Origin: Monocercomonoides exilis PA203
Lineage: Eukaryota; Protista; Preaxostyla
DNA length: 64,000 nucleotides
Reading direction: 5' to 3'
Assembly (NCBI GenBank): GCA_001643675.2
Contig: LSRY02000029.1
Coordinates: forward strand, 496,001-560,000
This document shows, one piece after another, positions 38,450-52,505 of this stretch. Position 1 is the first letter of the stretch. Each line of letters begins with the position of its first letter. Below the pieces are notes generated by a model, which made no database searches, was not told the origin of the DNA, and saw only the letters and a list, made by a program, of their open reading frames with translations. The translations under genes were made by a program, and so were the position numbers.

Positions 38450-41400
38450 ATGAAAAACGGTTTCGATGTTTCTCCATCGGAAGTCGTGTTTCAGAATGTT
38501 CAACCAGGTTCAATTTATCGTGAAACATTTTGCATACTTAATAAATCTCAAAGACCTCGTGTTCTGAAGATACAACCCCCAGAAAATCCACAATTTGAAG
38601 TTGTTGACTTATTCAAGCCAATTTCTATAGCACCTGGAATGAAGCACAATGTCACTGTTTTATTTCATTGTAGAGATGAAAGAGAGATTAATTCAAACCT
38701 TCATTTGCATTCAGAAGGAACTAATTCAGCTGATTCTTCAAATGTGTTTGATGTTGAAATTTCATTGAAAGCATTTCCAAAAATGGCAAATATACGATGG
38801 GACCCTGTAGCAGATTTTGGTAATGTTAGTATGGGATCTACACCTTCTCAATATATACGTCTGTGGAACGCTGGGACGAGACAAGGTGATTTTTCTTTTG
38901 ATCTTTCATCTCTTGAAGGTCTGGTTAGAATCACACCTTCAAGCGGAACTTTGCTTCCTGTTGCGGAAGATTATGAAGATTTCGATGCTCTTGAATCGAA
39001 ATCTGAAGAAAGAATTGAAACTCCAATTTCAACAGTGAAGGAAAAGCAATACGGACAGAAAATAAAAATGCTTCCCCACGCAATTTTAAAGGTCAGAATT
39101 GAATTTCAAGCACGAACAGCTGGTCCAATAAATGTAATGGTTCCCATCCGTTGCACAAATGGATTAACCAGTCCTCTCGATTCTCCATCTGTTGAAAGAT
39201 GGAACGGAAATCATGGCTTTCTTCACATCACTGGAAGCACACTTCAGCAGAGAGTCAGGTTAGTCTACCCATCAAATCAGCTAGAGACTATTTCAGAAAT
39301 AGATTTTGGAAGTCTATTTTACGGTGAGAAGAAAACTGTTAATGCTTTATTAACTAATCAAGGACCACAATCCTGCTCATTCACAATTAGCCAACACTCA
39401 AAGGAACTTTCCCTCATCGTTTACTCTTCGTTGACGCCTCTTGCACTCGACCGAAGCTCTGCTTCAACACCCACACGGAAAAACTCAAAGTCCCCGAGGA
39501 ATCCGCAGTCACCAGCGAAATCACCAAAAGGTGAACTGAGCGCTTCATCCAAAACAAAAACTGGAAGAAGTTTGAGAAGTTCCACTCAAAGTCCACCGCG
39601 AGGTCGAAAAAAGGCAGGAGAAGAGGCAACGGAAGGGGATGACTCGTCTCCATATCCACCCATGTCACTCACACAAACAACTCGTCCACTTCGCAATTCA
39701 TCTTCACTTCCACCACCTCGACAGCGCATCGTGCTGACAGAGGCTGACACTTCTTGTGAAAGCTATTCTGATCTCATTTCCAACCGCAACTCTGCAAAGC
39801 ACATCACTTTCAATCCTCTTATCGGATCTATTCAGTCTTGCTCCTCTGTCCCAGTCACGCTGACTTTCAATCCACCTCCACTCAGCATCACTAAAGACGT
39901 TGTACCAGGTCACCGTGTAGAAGGAGAAACGGTGAATGTGGTGGCGTCACTTGAAGTTGCAGAAACAGGGCAGAAAGCGCAAATAAGTTTGAAGGGAAGA
40001 GTTCTGAATCCGCAAGTGGTGATTGACAAGCAGGTTATTGATTTTGGTGAATGCTTTCTGAACGACAGGGCAGATGCCATCATCAAAATCAGAAATGATA
40101 CAGATCGATTGTCTGTCCCATTCTCATTTCAAAAAGTTCCTTTCTTCTCTGCCACTCCCAATCAGGGACATATCACCTCTGGTCAGCTTGTTGAGATCCG
40201 CATCACTTTCAAACCTGCACAGCTGGGCGACTTTTCACAGAAGCTGCCACTGTCTCTCTGTGGAGGCACGAAAATGATGGGAATTCAGTGCTATGGAAAG
40301 ACTGTCACACCACTCCCTGCTGCGTCAATACTCAAAGCAGAGGCCGCTCTGATGGACGAAATTGGAGTTGATCCGCGTGCTGGTTCATCGACGATGAAGT
40401 CTGCGGTGTCCAGCGGACCTTCTGTTCCTCTAACACCACTTTCAATGCTAATGACAGGCAGAACAGAGCAGTCGTTTGCTCACACTTCTAAATCGACTGG
40501 AAAAGATGGTTTGCCAAATTTCACCACTATTTTGCACTTTCATTTTAAAAATATTTATTCCTTTTTTTCCTCAATCATCTTCGAAATTCGATAAACTGGA
40601 CAATCATATGATTTTTTGCTCTCCTTCAGATCAAATGATGGCACTGACCTCGTCTTCTTCTATTTCTCTTACCAATCCAATCGGACGTCAGCTGATGGCA
40701 AAGGCCAGCATTGTCCAGACAGGCGGTGTAACTGCTGCAACGCCTTCTGACTTTCAGAGGCGCCGAGCATTTCCAGCTGGAACTCTGAGGACACACAACG
40801 ATTTTGCAGAGCAGCCAAAGTTCATCGGCAGCTCGCAGAATCAAAGCCCGTCTCCGAATGCAGAACAAGATCCCAATCGCCAGTCAACTGCATCGAGACA
40901 CGTCACACTGCCACGTGACTTTGATGTGCAGAAAAGGAAGCAGATGCATACTTTCCTCAAAGACGATATCAAGAGACTTACTCAGACACCGACTCTTCCT
41001 CTTTTGGGAAATATTTCAAATTCTGTTCGCTCTTCGACTGCTTTTGGACTTGGTGCATCGCAATCTGCTGACCGCACAACGAGAAGAATGGGGCAGACAA
41101 TTTCTGATTTGGACTATGAGATCAACAAGCAGAGGTACACAGACTTTCTGCGCACATCACAGCAGCAGAGATTGATTGGCGTAAAGATCACATCGTCGAC
41201 AACCGGCGCGGGAACAGAAAGAGGAGCTACACGAAGAAGGACGCCACTCCAAGGCGTTGTGATGGAGCGCGGGCTGCCAACAATTGTCAGAGGGATTGGC
41301 AGGCAAACTCCGGCTGATGCAGACAGTGAGCATATGGAACGTGACATAGTTCCGACTTATTACGATCCCTTTGGAGACAAAGAGCTCGGACTAGCCACAC

Positions 41401-44400
41401 TCAGCACTGCACACAATGATGATATTGAAGAACCTCGACTGCCACCTCTGAAAGAAGAGCCGCTTTTCACTCTCTCGCAGAGCAAGTCTGAAGCTGTGGC
41501 CAAACCAAAGCTTCGTCCGCAGCTGACAGACACAATGAAGCTAGTTAAACACAAATACAAGTCAACTCCATCAACTGCTGTGGAAGCAAAAGAGGTGAAG
41601 ATGCCACTCACTCCACAGGACATCACACTACTGTCAATCGGAACAAGATTGATTGATTTCGGAAAAGTTTGCGTTTACTCGCGCTCTTCTCGCTCTCTGA
41701 ACATTGCTAATGATCTTGGATTCAACATCTCTGCAACTCTGTCTATTTTGAATGCTGAGCTGCAGCAATCCACTCCAACCACACAAATCATCCCGCCAAA
41801 TGCGATGGCTGGCTTTGATATTGTGTTTGTTTCAGCGTTTCCTCAGTCGTTCACAGCTCAAATATTAGTGCAGATCAATGGTGTCAATGTATTCAATGTT
41901 GCTGTCAAAGCAGAAGCCATCCCAATTTCACTCGAACTGTCATCCAGCGAACTGCTTCTGACTTTCCCCTCATCAAATCTCAAAGCAACAGCTGTAGATA
42001 CCATCACAGTCACAAATCCAGGCAACCATCCTGCAGACTTCGAGTTCGAAAGAGACCTCACAGCATCGTGTGTCATTGAAGGGGTGTACATAGACAGCGG
42101 GCGAAGGAAAGATGGCCAACCAGTCGATTACCACAAACTAAAGCCTTACATACCAATGGAGAATCCATCTGGTCTTGATTCAACAATAGAATGGTCGGGC
42201 ACTGCAATGATGGGAAGAGCAATTTCAGCTGCAAGCGGAAAGACTTATTCATCGAGGGATACTAATGCTGCATCTGTTGTGGCATCTCAGCCACCTTCCA
42301 TGCCATCTTCTATTCCATCAACGCCAGTGCGTGTGAGAAAGCCAGAAACAAGAGAAAAGCACTCAAAGAACAAGGACAAATCAGGATATCACTCTGACGA
42401 GCTTACACTTCGAACAGACTGCTTCTTTATCACTCCACAGAAAGGAACAGTACCTCCTTTTTCATCCATCACTGTCACTGTCACATTCGACCCTACTTCG
42501 CTTCCACAGCCTCCTCCAAACTACTCCACACTCTGCACAATGCATGTAGATGGAGGTGGTGACAGAAGCTTCCGTGTGTTTGGAGAGGTGCCTGAAGGGA
42601 AAGCAGAGTTCGTGGAAAAGCAGCTGGACTTCGGAGCTTTTGCAGTTGGAGCAGAAGTGACTCGTCACGCCACGCTGAAGAACACAGGCAAGATTGACGC
42701 TGTCTTTTTCACCGAAGAGACAGACCAGATTCTGACTGTGTCTCCGCGAAGTGGTGTTGTTCCAGTTGGCGGCACTGCACTTTTGAGCCTGTCGTTACGT
42801 GCGGCAACAAACAGGAAAATACACGAGCTGCTGCAGGTGTCGATAAGAGGTGGCTCACAGATCAGTCTGCCAATTTCTGGAGAAGCCCTTGAGCCAAATG
42901 TGGAAATCATTGAGAATTCCATCGAGTTTGGAGATGTTGTGCTGGGAAACAAAGAAAGGAAGAGACTCACAATCACCAACACAGGTTCAATCGCAGCCAT
43001 TTTGTATTGTGACCTGTCATCACACCCAGAATTCACTATTCAGCAGAAGGAAAGAGCAAATGGTGCTGTTTCCTCTCTTTCAGCACACGCTCGTAGCTCA
43101 TCTCCATCAGCTGTTCCATATTCAGGAGACAAATCTCTTCGAACATCTCGCCCGCTGTCGAATATGTCTGGCTTCAAGTCTGCGCTGAAGGAGCATCGCG
43201 AGAATGTCCTAACATCCATTGCACCATCTTCGATTCCGTTGGATCTGATGAAGGCGATCATGCTTCGGATGGGCAATGATTCTGGAAAGACGCAAAGGGA
43301 GATTGAATTGGGATGGCATTCAGCGACAGTCACTGCAGAGGAGCTGGAGAGGGAAAGGCAGAGAGCTATCTATCGGAAGAAGAGAGAGAAGGAAAAGCGG
43401 AAGATGAGAAAGCGCAAAGGAGGAGTTGTTAGAGAGAGCATAGCGAAAATCAAGGAATCTGCAATTGAAGAGGAGCAAGATTCGGATGATGATGATGATG
43501 ATGATGAAAGCGATGATAAAGAAAAAGATGAGTTAAATAGCTCAGAAGAGAAAGACGATGATGAAGATGACGAAAGCATGGATGCTGATGATAGTCGAAG
43601 TTTGGACAAGCAGTTTGAGAAAGATGAGAGAGAAGAATTGAAGAGCAATGAAAATGGAGATTACAAAGCTGTTCCCTCTCTTAGCAACACAATATCCTCC
43701 CGAGCATCATACGTTTTGGGTGAGACTTCGACTTCTCTTTCGAGCACTTTGAATTCAAATCAGCAGCAACAACAACAGTCAGCCACATTGTCGCTATTCC
43801 ATACGCCTTCATCGCCTGCTGATGTGTGGGGCAAGTGGAACGGGGTTGGCGCATTCGACTACTTCCATCTGCCTCTTCAGGGCTGTGTTGACTATCTTGG
43901 CATCTTCCCACAGTCAATCGGACTGTCAGCTTTTGCTCAGCCACAGCTGGCAACAGACGCAGTTGGGCATTCAGTGAGATCGATCACTGGCGACTTCCCT
44001 GTCTCTTCGAGGCAGAACACCGAAAGGAATATTCGAGAAAAGCTGACTGAAAGACTGCAAATGGAAGAACTGGGCAGAACTGCGAACATGGGAACGAGCG
44101 AAAAGGACAGCGCTCTCACAAAAAGAACAGAACGAAGTCAATCAAGCATTAACAACAGAAAAACAGCGAGAAGAAAAACAGACAGAAAGCTCGGTGGATC
44201 AAGCAGTGCGTCATCTGAGAACAATAAATATTCAACTCATCAAAATTCATCTCAACCAGATGCAGAAGAGCTCACTGCATATCGCGTGGAGATCCAGCCA
44301 TCTTCGCTTCTGCAGCTGGATCTCATCTTCACAGCAAGCAAACTGGAGAGCTATGATTTCCCCCTGTTCTTTATGCTCTCTGCCAATCAGTCTGAAGCCT

Positions 44401-47400
44401 CCTCTCTTTCACTCACAAAGCCAGTTACAGCAAGAACTGTGCCTGCCTCTCTTATCGTCACTCCTCATTCAATCGATTTTGGTCCTCGTGTGATGTCTTC
44501 GCTGTCAAAGCCGCTCCACAAGCAGTCAGTCATTCTCCACAACAGCGATTCACAGCCTCTGCACTGGTCTGTCCACTTGGAGGATATCGAAGACATTGCT
44601 GCTGGCACATTCCAGATCTCTCCGGTGGAAGGCATCTTGCTCAGCGGAGGAGATGCAGAATGTATCATATCATTCTTCCCCAGCGAAGCACGAACATTCA
44701 ACATCACAATACCTTTCTTCCTGAACGACGATATTAAACCTTATTGTTCAGTTCAAGTGACAGCTCTGGGAATATCACCAATGCTGCTGTTTGAGCCAAA
44801 GGAAGTCATTTTGCCTCCTGTCCCATTGGGATTCACATCAAAAGCACGCGTCTCTATTCGAAATGTTGGTTATGAGAATGTGGAACTTCATTGCCAGCTT
44901 CCATCTGACACTGCCATGCTGCCATTGCGAGTAACATTCCCTGAAGGTGTTGTCCTCTCCCTCAACAAACAGACTACGGTTGCTGAGATCTTCTTCACTT
45001 CAAAGAAATCCACCTCTTTCTCCACCACAATCACCTTCTTTGATGCCTTTGCGAATCCTTTCCCGCTGGTCGTGCATGCCATTGCGGACAACGACCTTCT
45101 CACCACTGCTGGATTCTACCTGTCCACATACCGACTCAACCGCATCGTTCAGGACAAGCTGGATATGCCACCTTATCTGAAGGAAGATCCCTCTGGAATT
45201 GACGGCGAGTCGCTGATGTCTGGTGCTGTCAGCTCTGGTTTGGCTGCGGCTGGTGTTGGGCAGATAGGTGCATTGTCCTCAACAACAGCCACTTCAATCA
45301 AAGCAGCATCATCAAATAGATCAAGAAATGAACGGGATGCAGGAAATGCTGCTTCTTCTGCTAATCCTTCTCAACAAACAGACACAGACCGCGTGCTTAC
45401 TGCACTAAGCACTTCTCGTGGAGATGATGGATTGTCTGAAAGTGCACGATTGAAAGCATCAGCAGCCACAAATTCATCCTCTTCATCGATGGAATCTGCG
45501 CCTTCTTCATCCAGACAGTTGCCCAATGGCTCGTTCATTTCCTGTTCTGGAGGTCAATTTGGGCTTCCTCATTTCCCGTCTTCTCTTTCAAACACACTTG
45601 TCAGCTTTATGAACTCCTGTCTCATTTCCACCCAGCTTGTGTCGTGGCCTCAGTCAGCCATCGAATTGAGTGGGATGCCAATTGTGGAGGCTGTGGAAGC
45701 GCTGGTGGGACATCCCATTCCAGGCAGGGCAACAACAGAGACGATACAAACAGCATCCACTCAGTTCAATCCAGACTGGCTGTTCCCCGCACTGTCTGAT
45801 GAAGCCTCCGTCTGCATGTCTCCTGTTGCACGCGGAAGTGGGTTAAATGCATCGATTTCTGCACCTCTTTCATCTTCTGTTTCTCCAAAGTCATCTCATT
45901 CAAGAGAGATTGGTGACACTCTTCTTAATGCAACGATGGGATCTACACGTCACTTTTCTGAAAAGAATCGCACAACAACTGCTACTTCGATTGGGATAGG
46001 TGGTGGATCGATGCTGATGGCTGGGGCATCACCTACCACAGCTGCATTGGCACTTATCCAGCAGCAGATGCAGCGTGTCATTCCACACAGCGATCGCATC
46101 AAAATCCTTCTACAGCATTATGATGCCATTCTCACTTTCCTCAAGGAGCAAGGCGCTCTTATCGCACCTCTGAAGCCAGAGCACTTCTTATCGCATGCTG
46201 ATTTCATCCGCTTCAGCACAGACAACTACGTCACAAGTGTGTTTCTGTATCCAGTGCCTGACTACAACCACGTGCTCTACACACTGCAAAGGGATGCAGA
46301 CATCTTCGAGGCTTTTGACATTGTTTCAACATGTGCATGGACATTTCTTGCTTTTCAGATATTTAAGCTGTTTTTATTCTCAAAAATTACTCCAAAACGC
46401 TTCAAGTCAACTCCAGGCATTGTTCAGAATTCAGAGAGTGATAGCTCAAATGGAATTGGATTTGGGGCCATTCAAAGAGACGGCAAAAAAGAAGGTGAAA
46501 AAACGACTCTTCAAGTACAATTATTACCTCAGACAAAGGCACCAAAACCAAAAGCCAAAAAACCAGAAATTCCACAATTTCAAACACAAAACATGAAATT
46601 AGCGCGGCCAACAGCCCAGTTGATGACGCTATCGCTTCGTTCTGCAGAAACGCTGATTTCTCAAAAGTCTTTGACTCAAGTGACTTCCTCCAACTTTTAT
46701 TCCTCTCCTCAGATCCTTCTTCTCAAATGGCTCAGCTTCCACTACATCCGCAGCAACCCCAAGCGGTTGCATCTTGTAATGAACTTCAGCGCCGACCTCT
46801 CCGATGGTGTTGTTCTGCTGTGTGTCATTCGCGCTCATGCCCCGTTTCTGCGCATACGAATCATCGAACGCCCTCAGTCGACTGCTGAACGCATGCGCAA
46901 CGCTACGACAGTGATCAACTCTGTGAGACAACTGGGCATTGAATGCTTCCTCACTGAAGAAGACATTGTTCATCCCGATCCCCGTTCAATGCTGCTGTTT
47001 GTGTACATGCTGTATACCATGCTGCCCAGCTGCATTCCATCATCTACACTCGAAATACCCGCCTGTGCAGGTATCACCACATCCACAACTATCGAAATCA
47101 ACAATCCAGGAAAGCACACTTTGACATACAACCTCCGCCTCGAAGTTGAGCGCGACAACGAGGCAAACAAACCATTCATGAAACAGAATGAGCTTGAAAA
47201 AGAGCAACCACAAGGAAGCTCTTCTTCATCAACAGCACCTGAAAATTCTTCGTCTTCTTCTTCCACTTCCACAGGAATTGTTCTTCTTCCATCAGCAGCC
47301 AAACCTCTTGCTTCTCAATCAGATTTCTTCCTGCCTGCCTCAGTCATCACCATCGACCCTGGAAAGTCCCTTCCGCTGACTGTTTCAGTTCGTCCTCGGT

Positions 47401-50400
47401 TCTCTAAGCCAGCCCATGCAAATCTCTATCTCCTTCCGAAGAATCAGAGCGGAATGCAGACTCCGCCCATCGCCTTCCACCTGAAAACGACAGTGCTGCC
47501 TCCTCAGCCCATTGCACGCTACACTGTTTCCTCATCTCTCTACAGCACAGCCTTCTGCGAGGTGAAGGTGACGAATCCTTATCCCTCAGACTGCTCGCTC
47601 ACTGCAAAGTTGCTGACTCAGAAGGAGCTGGATGCATTGGCACCACCGTCTTCCTCTTCTGCATCTTCACCCACTTCAACTTCGAGAGACCATTCTTCAA
47701 CTTCTGCGAGAGCTAACCGTTCGCCTTCTTCACTTAAATTGGGTTCATTGCGGAGTGGCTCATCATTCGGCAATTCATCGAGAATGACTGGAGCAAAGCA
47801 AGCGCATCAAGATGCTTCTTTCTCTTCTTCCTCTGCCTCTTCGTCTTCTTCATCAATATCTAATTCAATTCCTCATTCACTCAACGTTGCAGAGAAAGTG
47901 GATTATCTTCCGTTCCGTTTGAACACAGCGACACTTTCTCTTCCTCTTGGAGGCAGCGCTAACCTTCAAGTTCGCTTCACTCCAATCAAATTGGGATCGC
48001 AAGTGTGTCGCATCTTCTTCCGTGATGATGCACTGGGCGAGTTCACAATAGAAGTTGTTGGTACAGCCACGATGCCTGGCTCTATTGACACATTCACTGT
48101 TGCGAGCTTGCCAGACACTCCAACCACACACGACTGCATCATGTCTGCCAAGAACAGAGCACTCGAGTCTCTTCGGGCAGACTCTTCGCTACTGGAAAAG
48201 GCACTTCTGCCTTTCTATCCAATGCCAGGTGATGCGCTTGTGTACAAAGTGGAACTGTCTTCACCGTTTTTCTCTGCTCCAAAGGAGTTCTCGATTGTGC
48301 TGGATTCTCCGCTGGATGTGAGAAGAAGCATTGAAAATCGCAGATTGAGCGAAGCATCGTCGCCACTGTCGCCAATGACCTCCAGCAGAAACAACAGCAA
48401 CATCACAACTTTGATGTCAACCCAGTCGCAGTCGCAGAACCAAGGAATTGTCAAGTTCCCACTCACATTCCATCCGAAGCAGCCAGGTGAGTACACGTGT
48501 CGTCTGCTGCTGCGTTCTGCACTGGATCTGAGAATATTCGATATTAAAGGAATTGTTCAGACACCTGGTGTTTCTGGCAGCGTAGACATGAATGCTGTTG
48601 CGAGGCATCCAGTGACACAAGACATTCCAATTATTAATAACACCACACAGGAATGGATCATCCGAGCAAACATCAATCCAACCAACGGTCAGTGTGGAAG
48701 TGGGCCTGATTGTGTGTTCAAGGGGCCTCAAACTGTTCGCATTCCTGGCCACAGCACCGGCAGTTATCCGTTGCAGTTTGCACCACGCAAAGCATGCGAC
48801 GCATCAGCTGAGCTTGTTCTAATCAACACTTCTGTTCAAGGAACACCACAGGCTGTACCCGGCTCTGAGAAGACAACTTACACGCTTCATGGGTTGGGTG
48901 AAGACCCACTTCCAGAAGGAGACATCAAGATTGATTGTATCGCAAGGCAAGAGGTGAAAAAAGTAATCAGCGTGCCAGCTATCACGTCCGGTATGCCAAG
49001 CAGATACAACGTGATATGCGATGTTGCATCGTGCAGCGGAGAATCTCGCTTGACTGTTTATCCACGCGACACTTCTGCCTTTGGCTCGACTGTTGGCAAA
49101 GAAGACGGGCTGTTTGGTGAAGATGCACCAGAGGCACGAAGCAATGTGCCTTCTCCAACATCGCTGAAGAAGAGCTTTCCATTTGGACAGACTGGTTCGC
49201 CTCTATCGTTGCCAACTGGAGCGAATGGAGGAATCACAGGATCAGGCGTAGCTGACTACGAGATCACTGTGTTCTCCACGCAGAGCGGGAAGGAGGAAGG
49301 AACGATAATGTTTATGACAGAAGATGGGCAATGTGTATGGTACAATCTGAGTGTGACGTGCACCCAGCCGAATGTGGAAGAGACAATCGACATCGCCACA
49401 ACTGTGCGTGTGCCTGTTGCTGTGAACATCAACCTGTTTAACCCGTCTCTTACTGAAATTGTGACATTCAACGTGAGAATCGATGGAACTGCTTTATCTG
49501 GCCCGAGCGCATTCACACTGGAACCGCAGGAGACAGCATCGTATCAGATGGTGTATGCGCCTGTTCTTCCAACGGGGAGAAACATAAGAAAAGGCAATGG
49601 AACTGATCTAGATAGTGAAAGGCCTGAGGTGCTCAATCAGAATGACAGATATGCATCTGGAGGAGAGGACGACGGAGGCGACAGAAATGAAGAGGAAAGG
49701 AAAAATAACGACAATTACTATGGAGAAGATGGGCATATCTGCTTCTCTTCTCCATCGACAGGAGATTTCTTGTACAATCTGCATCTCACTTGCGATGATG
49801 TGGAGCCGACGGAACTGGAAGAAATGGTATGTGAACTGGGGATGAATGCCCTTCAGCTTGTGGAAGTTGAAAATCCTCTTCCAACTCCAATTCATCTCCA
49901 GTGCTCCTCCTCAAACGCTGCTGTATTTACAATTGCTCCATTGTCCATCCCATTCTCTGTGTTCTGCCAACAAGTGCAAGCTCAACAGCAACAGAACAGT
50001 ACACAGCGCATAAAATCTTCTCCTCTTTCGATATCTTCTTCTTCTCCTCCTCCATCTCAACTATCTGTTGGGAAAAATCCCATCCTGATTGCAAGAGATG
50101 ATGAAGGAGGGAGAATGAATCTTGGAGTGAAGACTGTTAATGTCGAGCCGTATGGAAAAGGGCAGGCTCTTGTCAGATACCACCCGTCAATCATCGGAGT
50201 TCCAGAGTCTGCTACACTCACTCTCTCTGCAAAAGAGATCGGTCAATTTGTGTTCAAAGCAAAAGGAAAAGGAAAAAGGCCTACGATTTTGCCTGATATT
50301 GAGATAGTTGCGCAGATGCAGGAGTCGTCTTCAAAGATAATTTCATTTGCGAATCCGTTTGCACATCCCATTTTGTGCGACATCATTCTCGAACCGGATC

Positions 50401-52163
50401 CAATTCGGACAGACCTCCTGCAGCCTCTTGCGCAGGGCGTGTCTCTCTCTCCATCTTCTTCATCATCTTCAATAGCCATCTCAGATGCTCCTTCAACCCT
50501 CACTCCATCAGCTTCTATGCCTGTTACGCCATCTGGAACTATCAGCTCTTCACCCTCTCGCAGCGCATTGCAGGCGCTGGCAAACTCCGACTCATCGTCT
50601 CTTCTCTCACCTTCAGGAATCTCTTCTCCTGCGACTCGTTCATTAAATGGAAAGGAAACAAGCAGATCAGGGCAATCATTACAAGGGCAGAGCGGAAGCG
50701 GAAATCAGAGCCAAGTCTATCAGCAGAACAACATGTTCTCTATTCTTCTTCGATCACTTTCAAGAATACACGTCGAAGGCCGCGGAGTGCTCCAAGCCCC
50801 TCTTTTGTTTTCGCCTACCCGCCTCGTCACCAGTCGTTGCTGCGTAGTGATTCGTGCCTTTGGAGATCCTTCTCATCCACAAGGCGCGCAGTGCGCATTC
50901 ACTGAACAGAGGCCACTCATCTGGACACAGCCTGTCAATGGGATATCTGAAATCTTCTTCCCGCAGGTACCCCAAGGCCCACAGGCACCGTCGGTGGATG
51001 CAATGGATGGAATGAAGCCAGAGCTTGTGAGCTTGCAGCTAAATAGAGCGATGAGCTTTCCTGCGCCACAGCAGATTGCCAGCTTTGGCACAAAAGAGTA
51101 TCAAACGCTGTCTGTGGTGACGCAGGCAGGGACGATGGTGTCAAAGGTTTTCCATCTTCCGCTAAACAGTCTGGTTGTCACAAAGTCGATGATCTTCAGC
51201 TTTGTCAACAACTGTGTTGCTCGTGGGCTGGCCACTTTTCCTTCCTATTTCCTGAAGCTGCAGGAGCTGACAGGCACGCTTGCACTTAAAGCAGCTGGTG
51301 CAGATCGGGACATGTCAGACTATGTGCAGTCATCCAATGCAACGCCTTCTGCAGCTGGTGCCTCTTCAGCTTCAGCTGCTCAGTCAAAAGAGAAGGGAAA
51401 GACGGACAGCAGCCGTGCAGGACAGTCATTCTCACAAGGAATTGCAGGAGAGAGGGTGAGAACAACATCCGACGGTGACGAGCTGCCGAGCAGTGAAGAA
51501 TGGTCAGCTTTCTTTGAAGTGCTGTGCTCTCTCATCACAGTCGAAGTGCAGAGCGCGGATGAGGCAGTAACATCTTCTGTGTCTGTGCCAGAGCATCCGC
51601 TGCCTCCAGCTGAGATGACATCGCTCGGACTCACTCCGGCTGTGTCTCTTCCGTTCACCTTCCAGCCGCTCCTTCCTTGCCAGCGGACTCGCGTGAACAT
51701 CATTTTGAAGCGCTCGCCGAGGATCGGGGGAGGCAGATGGCGATATTCGGTGTGGGTGACCTCGACCAATGCGCCAGACGAAGTGATGGAAGGGCCACTT
51801 CTAACAGCACTTGTTGGACACCAAACGCAAAGCACACTCACAATCACCAGCGAGAAGCATGCAGGAATGCCCTTCCACGCAATATTTCGTTCTGGCGCAT
51901 CGGCAGAGTTTATGCTGCAGCCGCGTGATGGCTTTTTCGATGAGAAAGGCAGAGCAAAGATTTCAGTTCTTTTCCTTCCCACAAGATATGCTGGTATGAG
52001 GAAATGTGTTGTTTCTGTTTCAACCTCAACAAAGCAATGGCTATATTCTGTTCAAGGAGAACTTCCTCCGTATACACCTCCAACAGGCGAGTCGAAGGTG
52101 CAATCTATTCGCTCTCCAAATGAAATGACTCTCCTGAAAACGTCTCGAGCCAAGCATCAGTAG
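38450..52163 (+). CDS. CFAP47: Cilia- and flagella-associated protein 47-like, ~4530 aa; exons 38450-40508, 40630-52163
   Basis: A phase-1 121-nt intron (gtttgc...tcag) fuses the 714-aa and 3895-aa ORFs. There are many ASH/PapD-like Ig repeats (xDFG...N.G/N...P..G). A calponin-homology domain (YSSPQILLLKWLSFHY...VMNFSADLSDGVVLLCVIRAHAPFL...DIVHPDPRSMLLFVYMLY) lies in the C-terminal half, and the C-terminus is W.Y.V.G..P.Y.PP. Confidence 0.88.
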
Positions 52164-52505
52164 ATTGTTTGTTTTTCTTCTTGGAGTATTCGTCATTCTT
52201 TGAGTATTCTTCAAATATTTCTTATTTTATTCGTTTTATTTTATTTTTTTTTTTTTTTGTATTTTTGTTGTATTTTATAAGAATAGTTACAATTTTTCAA
52301 AATGGATAACGTTTCATTTTTGAGAGAATATTTAAGTCTCATCTTTCATTTCAAATATTGATTAGCATTTCATAACTTAAATATTTTTCGTTAAAAAATA
52401 ATATCGGATTTCGTTTTTAAAATGTATTAATATGAATTTTGCTTTCATCGACGAGAAATAAAAGTATTTTTTTATTCATGATCTCACCCATTGTTTAGAA
52501 AAAGG

